Shown: positions 21,596 through 31,247 of the stretch, piece after piece
How positions within the stretch are numbered: position 1 is the first letter of the stretch
Layout of the letters: each line of letters begins with the position of its first letter
Assembly: GCA_963778115.1 (NCBI GenBank)
Contig: CAVZSV010000004.1
Span: 704,001 to 768,000 of the forward strand
Source of the DNA: an uncultured delta proteobacterium
GTDB lineage: Bacteria; Bdellovibrionota; FAC87; UBA2466
Reading direction: 5' to 3'
DNA length: 64,000 nucleotides
Position numbers and translations under genes: made by a program
Notes under the pieces: generated by a model
What the model was told of the DNA's origin: nothing
Seen by the model: only the letters and a program-made list of their open reading frames with translations
Database searches by the model: none

Positions 21596-23253
21596 GCGGT
21601 GGCTCCTCTAATTCCACGGGAATCGGTCCCAATCCATTTTCGTAAGCACCAAAAAGCCGTGAGCACTATTAAGATCAAGATAAGACAAAGTACGGAAGCG
21701 GCACTAAATCGAAAAATCTCAGTCTGCGCCAGAATCAAAACAGTCATGTGGTTCCATCGGGCAGACACCATAAAAATGACAGCACTCACCGCCGTCATGC
21801 AATGGACAAAGACATAAGCCATGCCCGCAAAACAGGCAGGACGAATAAGAGGAAGGGTTATGTCGCGAAAAACGGTAGCCGTTCCGGCTCCCAAATCGGT
21901 GGCTGCCTCTTCGAGCGACCGGTCGATCTGAGCGAGGCTAACTTTAGCGGCTTCAATACCCACCGGCATGTTTCTAAAAACAAAACACAACACAATGATA
22001 GTCGCGGTTCCCGTTAGATAGAAGGGTTCACGGTTAAACGCCAGGACATAACCAATTCCAACCGCAGTTCCAGGCAGAGCAAAGGGGATCATCGCAAGCA
22101 CGTCTAGGATCCTTCGACCGAAAAAGCGTTTTCGCACGACTAAATAGGCGATGACCAAAGCAAGAATTCCCGCAATTGGCGTTGCTATTGCGGAGAGAAA
22201 AACAGTATCAAAAATCGCTTGCTTCCCGATATCAAAGACGTAGGAAAAATTATCTAACGTAAAGGAATAATCGATTCCCCATCTTTTGGTGAAACAACCC
22301 GCAAGCACAGTCCCATAAAGAACGACAACGAACAGAGAAACCATGGCCGCCACCGCCAGCAATAGGTAACGTGCCCACGGAGCAATAATATCTCGTGCCC
22401 CTCTCTGGGGTTTACCAGTCACGGTAACAACTACTTTCCGACTGAAATAGTACTTTTGAAAGACGTAAGCCGCGATGGAGGGGATAAGCAGCAAGTTTGA
22501 TATCGCGGCACCAAGGGCTAAGTTTCCCATTCCCGTAAATTGCAAATACGCTTGAACCGAAAGCACTTCAAATCTACCCGCTAAGATCATGGGATTGGCG
22601 AAATCGGCCAGCGAGGTCACAAATACCAGTAACCAGGCGGAAATAATTCCCGGAAGTGCCAGCGGCAAAGTGACATCCCTAAAAACGCGGTAGCGACTCG
22701 CCCCTAGATCGAGAGCGGCATCCTCAGTCGTTGAATCGAGTCCCTGAAGAACCCCATCCAAGGTTAAATACGCAATTGGGAAAAAGCTTAGCGTTTGAAC
22801 GAGAATAAGACCCTTAAGACCATAAATCGAAAAGTCTTCGAACCCGAGCCAATGGTGAGTAATGATTCCATTTTTGCCGAGCAGCAAAATAATGGCTAGG
22901 GTCAGCATGAAAGGGGGCGCTATCAATGGCAATGTCGCCACTAACTTCAGGAACCGCTTGAAGGGGGTGATGGTTCGGGTGAGTAAGTAGGCAAAGAGAA
23001 AGCCCAGCACCACTGAAGTCGAGGCGGAAGCCACTCCCAATAAGAGAGAATTGCCGATCGCTCGACGAAGCCACGCCTTTTGCAAAGCGTAGCGATACGA
23101 TTCCAAGGAAAAAACTCCATTTTTCGTCAACGAGAGATCAATCGCCATTCCAATCGGATAGACAATAAAGACCGCAATCAGCGCGAAACACACGACGGCT
23201 GCCACGGTAACCAGAGGATCTCTTCGAACGTAACGAATGAACTTATTTGTCAT
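21592..23253 (-). CDS. Fe3+-type ABC transporter permease (FbpB-like, two permease domains)
   Basis: Two EAA loops (EDAALDLGA, EEAATDLGA); 4-nt overlap with the ATPase gene. Confidence 0.9.
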   Translation of the reverse strand: MTNKFIRYVRRDPLVTVAAVVCFALIAVFIVYPIGMAIDLSLTKNGVFSLESYRYALQKAWLRRAIGNSLLLGVASASTSVVLGFLFAYLLTRTITPFKRFLKLVATLPLIAPPFMLTLAIILLLGKNGIITHHWLGFEDFSIYGLKGLILVQTLSFFPIAYLTLDGVLQGLDSTTEDAALDLGASRYRVFRDVTLPLALPGIISAWLLVFVTSLADFANPMILAGRFEVLSVQAYLQFTGMGNLALGAAISNLLLIPSIAAYVFQKYYFSRKVVVTVTGKPQRGARDIIAPWARYLLLAVAAMVSLFVVVLYGTVLAGCFTKRWGIDYSFTLDNFSYVFDIGKQAIFDTVFLSAIATPIAGILALVIAYLVVRKRFFGRRILDVLAMIPFALPGTAVGIGYVLAFNREPFYLTGTATIIVLCFVFRNMPVGIEAAKVSLAQIDRSLEEAATDLGAGTATVFRDITLPLIRPACFAGMAYVFVHCMTAVSAVIFMVSARWNHMTVLILAQTEIFRFSAASVLCLILILIVLTAFWCLRKWIGTDSRGIRGATA

Positions 23254-23355
23254 TTTTATTTCGTTTCAAGCCGCCACAACCTATTCAAAATGACGTATCG
23301 TGTCTAGAGAGGATTAAGTAAGAATAAACGACAATATTGTTAAAGGCTTAGAGGG

Positions 23356-23952
23356 CTATTCTCCGGAAGGGTCGAGGAAATGGTCCAAGAAATCTCGATT
23401 GGAAGGAAATAGATTCTGGGGAAGAGCATCCTTAGAGAACCATTCCAGGCGAGTCATCTTATGCGGCTCCATGATGCGAGGCTCGCCCTCAAAGCTTAGG
23501 GCTTCGAGAAAGAATACGCGGTACCATTGCCGGTTTTCAGGACGATAATCAAAAAGCGTGTGTCGGTAGCGAAGCGTTCCCAAGTGAATTCCGATTTCCT
23601 CTCGGGTCTCTCTGACAACCGCTTCAAGAATACTTTCCCCAGGATCTACCTTACCTCCCACAAATCCCCACGTCCCCTCCCCCGTCCCTCCGGTACGAAG
23701 GCCCATGAGTAATCTTCCCTCTCGTCGCAAAACCACAACCGCCGCATCCACGATGCGGGATAGGGGAGGAACTTCGACGCCTAAAGATTCCGGAAGTGAA
23801 AGATCGGGATGCGACAAAAAAGCGGATCGGGAAACCAGACTCAGACAGGAAGTACGATTCGACGCAAGCGAAGTGGCGGCAAGAAATATAAGACTAAGGG
23901 ACGCTAATCGAAGATATAGTTGTGATCGTAAGTATTGTCCCGAATTCCCCAA
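23356..23952 (-). CDS. Nudix hydrolase (NUDT15/MutT-like) with a signal-peptide-like N-terminus
   Basis: Nudix box GGKVDPGESILEAVVRETREEIG; EPRIMEPHK; start codon uncertain (TTG). Confidence 0.85.
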   Translation of the reverse strand: MGNSGQYLRSQLYLRLASLSLIFLAATSLASNRTSCLSLVSRSAFLSHPDLSLPESLGVEVPPLSRIVDAAVVVLRREGRLLMGLRTGGTGEGTWGFVGGKVDPGESILEAVVRETREEIGIHLGTLRYRHTLFDYRPENRQWYRVFFLEALSFEGEPRIMEPHKMTRLEWFSKDALPQNLFPSNRDFLDHFLDPSGE

Positions 23953-24011
23953 ACCCCGTGCCCCCGTTTGTTTTTAACTATGTAGCAATTGAGACAGGAG
24001 CCGGCAAGCGA

Positions 24012-24920
24012 CTATCTAACTTTTTCGAAGCGTTCGATGTACTGACACCGCTGACAGAGGGGTTCGATTAGCTTTTGATCCCTAAAACCTTGTAGGACGC
24101 TTTGTGCGCGCGGACCTCCAAGAATATCTCCCAACGGAAACTCTTTAAGATTCCCTAGCGGAATGCCGGCCTCTTTGTCCAAACAACAAGGAACCACCGT
24201 GCCATCCACGAGGATTCCAAAATGGGCCGAGAGTCCATGACAAGTCCCTTCAGTTCCTAACACCGGGAGATCCAAAGCGGGCCAGATAAACTCGGTATCG
24301 AAATGCAACGAGAGACGGTTTTTTACGGGATAACTCTTCTTAACTCGGGTATCGACGGTACCACCAAACTTGAAACTAAATCTTTCTTCGATACGCCTTA
24401 GCATGTCGCGATTATCGGCCATTCTATCTGGAACTCGCCCCGCCGGATCATTTAAGTTCCAAAGCCGATAGTTGATAAAAAGATAGGGCCTTCTTTCAAA
24501 AGCCATTTCGGTAAAGTGAAAAATCTTTTCGAGATAAGAGGTCGAATCTTTGGATCCGAAGTTGTCGGCGAAACTGTGCAAGGAAAAGTTAATCTGGCGA
24601 AAGGCGGGGTGCAAAAGGATCTCCGCTTCCTTTTCTCGTAAAAGAACCCCATTCGTAACGAAGAAGATTTTAAGGCCGTATTCGTCGCAGATTTCTACTA
24701 AGCGCTTAAGCTCCGGATGAAGTAGCGGATCCCCCATCAGATGAAGACAAACCAATTTCGTAACGGGAGCAACCTGCTCAATAATCCGCTCGAAAAGAGG
24801 GACTTCCATCATCTTCTTGGTGCGTACGACCTCGGGACAGAAGCTACACTGCAAATTACAAATATTAGTGATTTCGATGTTAACTTTGCGAAACGATCTC
24901 GGCACGGTTCTAGAGGACAC
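24012..24920 (-). CDS. Radical SAM / SPASM domain protein
   Basis: CNLQCSFC, GDPLLHP, SPASM Cys CHG...VPCC...CQRC. Confidence 0.9.
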   Translation of the reverse strand: MSSRTVPRSFRKVNIEITNICNLQCSFCPEVVRTKKMMEVPLFERIIEQVAPVTKLVCLHLMGDPLLHPELKRLVEICDEYGLKIFFVTNGVLLREKEAEILLHPAFRQINFSLHSFADNFGSKDSTSYLEKIFHFTEMAFERRPYLFINYRLWNLNDPAGRVPDRMADNRDMLRRIEERFSFKFGGTVDTRVKKSYPVKNRLSLHFDTEFIWPALDLPVLGTEGTCHGLSAHFGILVDGTVVPCCLDKEAGIPLGNLKEFPLGDILGGPRAQSVLQGFRDQKLIEPLCQRCQYIERFEKVR

Positions 24921-25014
24921 CGATAGTGACCTGCAGTCAAATAGACCTTTGGGTGGGGCTTATGGGCGTCGTATCAAATGACAGAATTTACAACATGTCT
25001 GCAGCCAAAACGGC

Positions 25015-25070
25015 TGTCATTGCGAGCAGAGATTGCCGCGGCTTCGCCTCGCAACACGCTCCGCAATCCC
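25015..25070. repeat. Degenerate GTCATTGCGAG-type REP-like palindromic element
   Basis: TGTCATTGCGAG...GAGATTGCCGCGGCTTCGCCTCGCAA; TTGCGAG/CTCGCAA arms. Confidence 0.5.
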
Positions 25071-25138
25071 AAAGCAGAAGGATGCCCTTGGTGAACATAA
25101 AAGCCCCTTCCATGAAGATCTTTCGCGAAGCGAAAGGT

Positions 25139-25879
25139 CTAAAGCGCAGCTTGGATAGCCGTACTTATCTGGCTCCATACGTTGGGATCGACGTCGATCT
25201 CATCGTGAGGCATATGGTACTGCATATGCTTATTAGTACTAGCTTCCGGTATGGCCGAGGAGCTAAGCCAAGTACCCTCGTCCTCATAGAAGTTCGTCCA
25301 CTGAACGGCTTGCTTCTTAATGGTAGCGTTGTCTAGATCCGTTGGAGCTTCATGACAGGCATCGGATCCAAAAATAACTCCTCCCGCGTCACACTGGGGA
25401 CTGATCGGATCGATGGTGAACAGACCGTCGAGGGCATGAGACAATTTCATGTTCTGTCCCAAGTACATCGCTGACCATCCTCCATACGAGTGGCCAATCA
25501 CAAACGTAGGCAAACTGTTATGGGTTCCCGCAATCCGCTCGACTTGAGTTTGTATTTCGTCAATCGTTCCTGAAGTCGCCACGGAAGCATTTTCAGAAGT
25601 AATGTATTGCGCGTTTCCATCTGGCGGAGCGTCAAGATTGAAGCAACTCACCACATAATGAAAATTCCGAGAAGGATACTTAGTCTGCAAATCCTTCAGC
25701 ATGGAACTAAAGTAAGGATACATGGCTTGACTAGAGGGAGCGGGATCTGACGATCCGCAGGAATCATATCCTCCCAAGAGCACCACTAGGACATCGGAAG
25801 TAGGTGCCGCCATTACCTTTACCGATTGAAACATCGCTAAAATAATCAGAACTAAGATGGTTTTATTCATACCCCGCAT
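25139..25879 (-). CDS. Secreted alpha/beta hydrolase
   Basis: Signal peptide; nucleophile elbow GHSYGG; TIDP; late His. Confidence 0.75.
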   Translation of the reverse strand: MRGMNKTILVLIILAMFQSVKVMAAPTSDVLVVLLGGYDSCGSSDPAPSSQAMYPYFSSMLKDLQTKYPSRNFHYVVSCFNLDAPPDGNAQYITSENASVATSGTIDEIQTQVERIAGTHNSLPTFVIGHSYGGWSAMYLGQNMKLSHALDGLFTIDPISPQCDAGGVIFGSDACHEAPTDLDNATIKKQAVQWTNFYEDEGTWLSSSAIPEASTNKHMQYHMPHDEIDVDPNVWSQISTAIQAAL

Positions 25880-25920
25880 TTTTAAGGTAACCCTGAGCTA
25901 TGCCAAGGGACAGAGCGCTA

Positions 25921-27459
25921 TCACCAACTGGTGGGCATATAGTCTTTAAGAAATTTTCCCCAAACGTGGTCGCCGGTGAGAATCCCAGAAAAGAACGGAT
26001 CGCACACCCGGGCCGCTCCATCCACGATATCGAGAGGGGGCTGAAAATCGTGTTCGGCCTGTTTTCGCAACGTATCTTCCATGGGGTCTTCGTCCGTTAC
26101 CCAACCGGTATCGACAGCGTTCATGAAGATTCCATCTTCGGCGTAATCAGGGGCCGAAGTTAATGTCATCATATTAAGAGCTGCTTTGGCCATATTGGTA
26201 TGCGGATGCTTGTCGGTTTTGGTATTTCTAGAAAATTTTCCTTCCATCGCGGAGACGTTCACGATGTGTTTGGCATCCGTGCGATGGCGCAGCATCAGGG
26301 GCTTTAACTTCGCACACAAGACATAAGGAGCAATACTATTGACCAACTGGACTTCCAAAAGTTCTGGAGTGGCTACATCTGCCAGTTTCATCCGCCAACT
26401 ATTTTTCTTTCTTAAATCCACTTGCTGAAGATCCGCGTCTACTTTTCCCTCCGGAAAGAGCTCTTCAGAAGCATTAGCATCTTCGGGAAGTGCCTTTACT
26501 TGGGACAGGAGTGCCGGAATTCTAAGCCCGATAGCCCCGCCTGAAGTAGAGAGTTCGCTTACCCAGGAGTGGGAATCGTGGGATCTAAATTGAGCCATGT
26601 CGGCCGAAATGCGATTACGTAGCTCCTCATGCTGCTGAAGCAGGGGCCTAACTTCCAAAGGCAAGGTTTCGACGGCTTTGTTTTCTAATTCCATCAAGTG
26701 GGCGTAAAAACCCGGCGGCCTACGAACCGTCTGAGCCGCATTATTAATGAGAATGTCCAGACGTTCATAGTGGTGGCTCAAGTAACCAGCAAAGAACTCT
26801 ACACTGGGAGCGTGCCTCAGATCCAATCCATAGATCATCAAGCGATCTTTCCAGACCTGAAAGTCGTTTTCTTTCGCAAAACGCAGACCGGCGTCATGAG
26901 GAAATCGCGTGGTCGCAATCACCCGAGCGCCCGCCCTAAGCATCATAAGAGCCGATTGGTAGCCAATCTTCAGGCGCGCTCCCGTCACAAGTCCCACTTG
27001 TCCGACAAGGGATGCCGTTTGAAACCGTTTGGCGTAATTGAAATCTCCGCAGGACTCACACATCGAATCGTAAAAGAAGTGAAGTTTTAGATATTCCTGT
27101 TTGCACACGTAACAATTTTGCGAAACTTCTAGATATCTATCGGGACCTGACTTCGGCAAAGAGGTCAAAGAAGGAGGAATATAGACAGGAGATTGCCTAG
27201 CCTCCCGGATGACCGTGCGAGCTCTAGCCGTGCGATCTCTTTCTATTTGGTTTCTTTTTTTTGCTCGCCGGCGTTCTTTCGCCAAACGAGTCAACTCTAA
27301 CTTCCCTGGCCGCGAAACCAAACCTGCCGCCATTAATAACCTTTTGCGTTCTTCGGCGGAAAATCGACTCAGCAAAGTGCGGTCTTTGACCAGCTGCTCG
27401 AGCAGGTCAATGCAGACCCGGGCCTGTTGAGACATGTCTTTTGATCTAAGATCACCCAC
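25921..27459 (-). CDS. SDR family oxidoreductase with an N-terminal Cys4 Zn-binding region
   Basis: CYVC/CESC, VTGARLKIG, LINNAAQT, HPHTNMAKAALNM, NAVDTGW. Confidence 0.85.
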   Translation of the reverse strand: MGDLRSKDMSQQARVCIDLLEQLVKDRTLLSRFSAEERKRLLMAAGLVSRPGKLELTRLAKERRRAKKRNQIERDRTARARTVIREARQSPVYIPPSLTSLPKSGPDRYLEVSQNCYVCKQEYLKLHFFYDSMCESCGDFNYAKRFQTASLVGQVGLVTGARLKIGYQSALMMLRAGARVIATTRFPHDAGLRFAKENDFQVWKDRLMIYGLDLRHAPSVEFFAGYLSHHYERLDILINNAAQTVRRPPGFYAHLMELENKAVETLPLEVRPLLQQHEELRNRISADMAQFRSHDSHSWVSELSTSGGAIGLRIPALLSQVKALPEDANASEELFPEGKVDADLQQVDLRKKNSWRMKLADVATPELLEVQLVNSIAPYVLCAKLKPLMLRHRTDAKHIVNVSAMEGKFSRNTKTDKHPHTNMAKAALNMMTLTSAPDYAEDGIFMNAVDTGWVTDEDPMEDTLRKQAEHDFQPPLDIVDGAARVCDPFFSGILTGDHVWGKFLKDYMPTSW

Positions 27460-27490
27460 GAGCCGTAAGCTACCGTAAGTAGGGGCGAGT

Positions 27491-27572
27491 GAAAAACAAA
27501 AAGCCGCGATCGCGGTTTTTAGTGGCCCGTTTGAGATTAATCGGCCTCTTCGGGCATTACCGAAGAGGCCAA
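27491..27572 (-). terminator. Two hairpins downstream of 27579-29336, the distal one a Rho-independent terminator
   Basis: GGCCTCTTCGG/CCGAAGAGGCC (27543-27570); AAAAAGCCGCGATCGCGGTTTTT with a U-tract on the minus strand. Confidence 0.55.
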
Positions 27573-27578
27573 TCTTAT

Positions 27579-29336
27579 CTACTTTTGTTCCTTAAAGGCT
27601 TCTACATAATCCGCTGTTTTGAACTTAAACGTAAACGCATAGTAGACTATTCCGGTAAATCGCACCTTCGGCCGATCGGATCCGGCCACTTTTACCGTTT
27701 CCGTAGGCCTTGTGGCAGGCGCATCCGCCGGCATCGGAGCCGCTGCCGCTTCCAATACCATGCCGCGGGCGGAGGAAGGAACCCCTCCGCCAGGACCGCC
27801 ATTGTCCGGTTTTGCCTCCCCGGGAGCCAGCTCGACCAGACAAGCTTTCGTGAAGCCGTTTCCATCGATAGCCGATTTCACTTCACCTTTAGGATCGAGC
27901 ACACATTTAGCGACCGATCTTCTGGCATCCGAAAAGATCGCATACTTGGTCCTTTCGGTAACTCCTCCTTCGCTACTGATATCGGCTTTGACGCGCGCGG
28001 GATTTCCGGCATCCTCTTTTTTTCCAAAGGAGCCCTGCAAGTCGGTAATGAGCTTGTAGAGATCTTTAAAATTAGAGGATCGTATCTCCAGATACTGAGT
28101 CGTGGAATAGTACACCGGTAAGTCTACAGGCGTAGTGGGATCGACCGCGAACTTCTTTGAAGTACAAGTATCGAGGTAGGCCGTCACCTGCCCGCTTTCA
28201 TTCCATTCGACGGGACGAGCTGCCTGCTCGCCTTGAGGTTCTGGAGTACTGGCCGTCTGCACTTCAATCTTATCCGTCTCGGTATAGGCTTTGCTTTTTT
28301 GAACGGTATGGAAAGTCTGAGTGACGTCGTCTGCAATAGGTTGCATGGCGGCAGTAGCGCCGTCTCCCGTTTCATGGCAGACGGTGGTCAAAGTGACACC
28401 CACAGTTCCATAATCGGCATCGCGAGTCGCTTCGGCCTCAGCGTTGAAAGTTGAAGTGTCGGGCCCTTTCTTTCCTGCTTTAATTTTATCTTTGGCTTTG
28501 GCGTAAAGTTTATAGTGGAAAGGTAGCTTCATCGTCACTTTCGGGGGCTGGTCGCTCGAAATGGGATCCCCGATGGTGGGAAGGTAAGGAAGCTCCGAGG
28601 CAACTCCTTCACGGAAAGGGGTCGCACTCTCAAACTTTAAGTCCTTCGCATCGAGTTCAAAGTCACTGTCTTTACCTGTGGCGAGATCACGCGCTTGCAC
28701 GCGCAACTGCCTGGCCTCGGCTTCGTTGCGTTCGAGAGTAATGCGGTAATCAATCGTTGAAGCGACTACTTTGACGGCTTTCGGGTCCTTATTGGTCTTT
28801 GCCTTATTTATCTCTTTTACTTTATTTTCTACCCACCCCATATCGCTGGTGCGAATTCCTATCCGCTGGCTGCCCGTAAATACGTCATCCACTTTAGCGT
28901 CAAGGGCGACCTCTTTCTGAGTACAAGCATTATACCTCGTCGCTTTGGTAGCCACTGGCTTCCCTTTAACGGGCTTAGGTTCCACAATAGGGGCCGTCGG
29001 TCTAGATTTGCTCGTCGGATTGCGCCAATACTTTCTCTCGAGTTCCGTGTAAACACTGTCCGGAACTTTGGTCACGATGTCTTTCCAAAGCGCGTCCCTA
29101 GCATCGGCAATCGCTTTAAGAGCGGCCGGGCCAGTATCCTGACAATCAACGGAGTAGTAGAAAAAAACTTCGGCGTAATCGGCATCAAAAAAAGGGGAGT
29201 CCGTTCCAGGTACCACATAGGTCATGTAGCCATAATGGGGATCGGATTTTTTTTCGCTGGCGTGGGCATTAAGCACAGTAGCTGCAGCCAAAACGATCAC
29301 GGTGGCGAACGACACTAAAACTCTGAGAGATCTCAT
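27579..29336 (-). CDS. Secreted protein with two tandem SIMPL (DUF541)-like domains
   Basis: Signal peptide AHA-S; internal repeat DADYAEV..C / DADYGTV..C and SQRIGIRTSD / TQYLEIRSSN; AAAPM..VRFTGIVYYAF tail. Confidence 0.55.
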   Translation of the reverse strand: MRSLRVLVSFATVIVLAAATVLNAHASEKKSDPHYGYMTYVVPGTDSPFFDADYAEVFFYYSVDCQDTGPAALKAIADARDALWKDIVTKVPDSVYTELERKYWRNPTSKSRPTAPIVEPKPVKGKPVATKATRYNACTQKEVALDAKVDDVFTGSQRIGIRTSDMGWVENKVKEINKAKTNKDPKAVKVVASTIDYRITLERNEAEARQLRVQARDLATGKDSDFELDAKDLKFESATPFREGVASELPYLPTIGDPISSDQPPKVTMKLPFHYKLYAKAKDKIKAGKKGPDTSTFNAEAEATRDADYGTVGVTLTTVCHETGDGATAAMQPIADDVTQTFHTVQKSKAYTETDKIEVQTASTPEPQGEQAARPVEWNESGQVTAYLDTCTSKKFAVDPTTPVDLPVYYSTTQYLEIRSSNFKDLYKLITDLQGSFGKKEDAGNPARVKADISSEGGVTERTKYAIFSDARRSVAKCVLDPKGEVKSAIDGNGFTKACLVELAPGEAKPDNGGPGGGVPSSARGMVLEAAAAPMPADAPATRPTETVKVAGSDRPKVRFTGIVYYAFTFKFKTADYVEAFKEQK

Positions 29337-29499
29337 AGGTGCCTCCTAGGTAAAATTACCTGTGTTAGTAGTGGCTAATTACGGAAGTAAGGACACAGCG
29401 TCAAGTTAGGAACCTATGGCTGAGAGAGATTGTGTGGCGATTGGAGATCCTTCCTATCCGAGATAGATTAAGAAGAAATCCCTAAGGTTAGGGTTAAGA

Positions 29500-31173
29500 T
29501 CAATCCTTAACTATGATTGGAGGAGCCACCGATAAGAAATTTAGATCCTTATAATTATCTTGTGCCCAATGCACATTCCAATCGGTCGCGAATAAAATTA
29601 CCGGAAGGCCGTCTCTATCAACGAGATATCGGTTATCCGCATGACTGCCGACCAGTCGTAATCTTCTCGGCAGATCGACGTTGGCTTCTTTCGGAGTAAT
29701 CCAACGTGCTCGCGTATAGGGCAATCGCTCAAGTCGCATCTCAACCGAGTATTCCGATTTAAGCCGATGCTGCAAGACTTCAAACTGTAAAGCTCCTACC
29801 GCTCCGACAACAGGCTGAGCTTCGCCGCGATCCGGCGGAAAAAAAATCTGAACCACTCCTTCTTCGGTCAGCTGGTCGAGGCCCTTTTTCAACTGCTTTC
29901 GCTTTAGAGGATCGGTAAGAAGGACTCCCGCAAAAAACTCAGGCGAAAATCTGGGTACGCCCTCGTACTCCATCGCTCGGTTTGCACAAAGAGTGTCGCC
30001 AATCCGAAAATCTCCGGTGGTATCGACAAGTCCTACGATATCTCCGGGCCACGCCTCTTCGATGATTTCGCGTTCTTGAGCGAAGAAATGCAAAGGACGA
30101 GCGAGTTTAAACTCTTTCTTTAAACGCCCGTGAATAGCGGAAATTCCTCTTTGAAATTTTCCTGAACAGACTCTTAAGAAGGCAACGCGATCGCGGTGCT
30201 TGGGATCCATATTGGCTTGGATCTTAAAGAACAGTCCCGAAAATTCCGGACTGGTCGGCTCCACTAGCCCTTCCGTGCTTTTCCGAGGCCCTGGCGGAGG
30301 AGCCATGGTCAAAAATGTTTCTAAAAAGTGCTGAACCCCGAAATTGTTCATCGCACTTCCAAAAAAGACGGGGGTCAGCTGCCCCGCCAAGACGCGGGCT
30401 TCATCGTAGGGATCTCCGGCCAGCTCGATAAGTTCCAACTGGCTCGCAAGTGCTTCCTGCAAACGTTTGCCATCCTCTTTGGAGAGATGCTCGGCTAAGG
30501 CCGGATCGTCCACTCCGTTAAACGTAATGGGCTGCAGTTGCCTTTGCGCATTGGATTTCTGAGTCGCTTGAAAAAGTAAAAGCGAGTTTCGGGCGCGATC
30601 AAAGACTCCCTTGAATTCTGGCCCCATGCCGATGGGCCAGCTGATGGGGCACGAGCGAATGCCCAACACCTTCTCAAGTTCGTCGATTAACTCAAAGGGA
30701 TCACGTCCGGGACGATCCAGTTTATTAATGAAGGTAAAGATAGGAAGTCCGCGCAGACGGCAGACTTCGAAAAGCTTTCGCGTCTGAGGCTCGACCCCTT
30801 TGGCAGCGTCGATAAGCATCACCGCACTGTCCACCGCGACCAAGGTCCGGTAGGTGTCCTCGGAAAAGTCTTTGTGTCCCGGAGTATCTAAGAGGTTAAG
30901 CTGGATTCCCGCGTATTCGAAGCGAAGCACACTCGTACTGATAGAGATGCCCCTTTGGCGCTCGATCTCCATCCAATCGGAGGTGGTGTTGCGGCTCTGA
31001 CCTTTCGCTTTTACGGCGCCTGCCAAATGAATAGCCCCGCCATAGAGCAACAGCTTTTCGGTCAACGTCGTCTTGCCGGCATCGGGATGCGAAATAATGG
31101 CGAACGTTCGACGACGCGCCACCTCTTTGGCCAATAGCGGTTTTAATTCATCATTTATAGAAGTAGAGGACAT
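29500..31173 (-). CDS. prfC: Peptide chain release factor 3
   Basis: RRRTFAIISHPDAGKTTLTEKLLLYGGAI, DTPGHKDFSEDTYR, FKIQANMDPKHRDR. Confidence 0.98.
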   Translation of the reverse strand: MSSTSINDELKPLLAKEVARRRTFAIISHPDAGKTTLTEKLLLYGGAIHLAGAVKAKGQSRNTTSDWMEIERQRGISISTSVLRFEYAGIQLNLLDTPGHKDFSEDTYRTLVAVDSAVMLIDAAKGVEPQTRKLFEVCRLRGLPIFTFINKLDRPGRDPFELIDELEKVLGIRSCPISWPIGMGPEFKGVFDRARNSLLLFQATQKSNAQRQLQPITFNGVDDPALAEHLSKEDGKRLQEALASQLELIELAGDPYDEARVLAGQLTPVFFGSAMNNFGVQHFLETFLTMAPPPGPRKSTEGLVEPTSPEFSGLFFKIQANMDPKHRDRVAFLRVCSGKFQRGISAIHGRLKKEFKLARPLHFFAQEREIIEEAWPGDIVGLVDTTGDFRIGDTLCANRAMEYEGVPRFSPEFFAGVLLTDPLKRKQLKKGLDQLTEEGVVQIFFPPDRGEAQPVVGAVGALQFEVLQHRLKSEYSVEMRLERLPYTRARWITPKEANVDLPRRLRLVGSHADNRYLVDRDGLPVILFATDWNVHWAQDNYKDLNFLSVAPPIIVKD

Positions 31174-31247
31174 TTGCGCTCATCTATCCATTTAGCGTCT
31201 GGAAAACGGATAGTTATAGCGCAAAGTCGATGTGAAGGATATCGGAC

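Noticed and set aside
25889..25905. sigma54-like TGGCAT upstream of the alpha/beta hydrolase
   Set aside because: No GC at the -12 position and too close to the start codon
27489..28121. 210-aa plus-strand ORF and similar antisense ORFs across the window
   Set aside because: Antisense to well-supported genes, with no motifs or RBS
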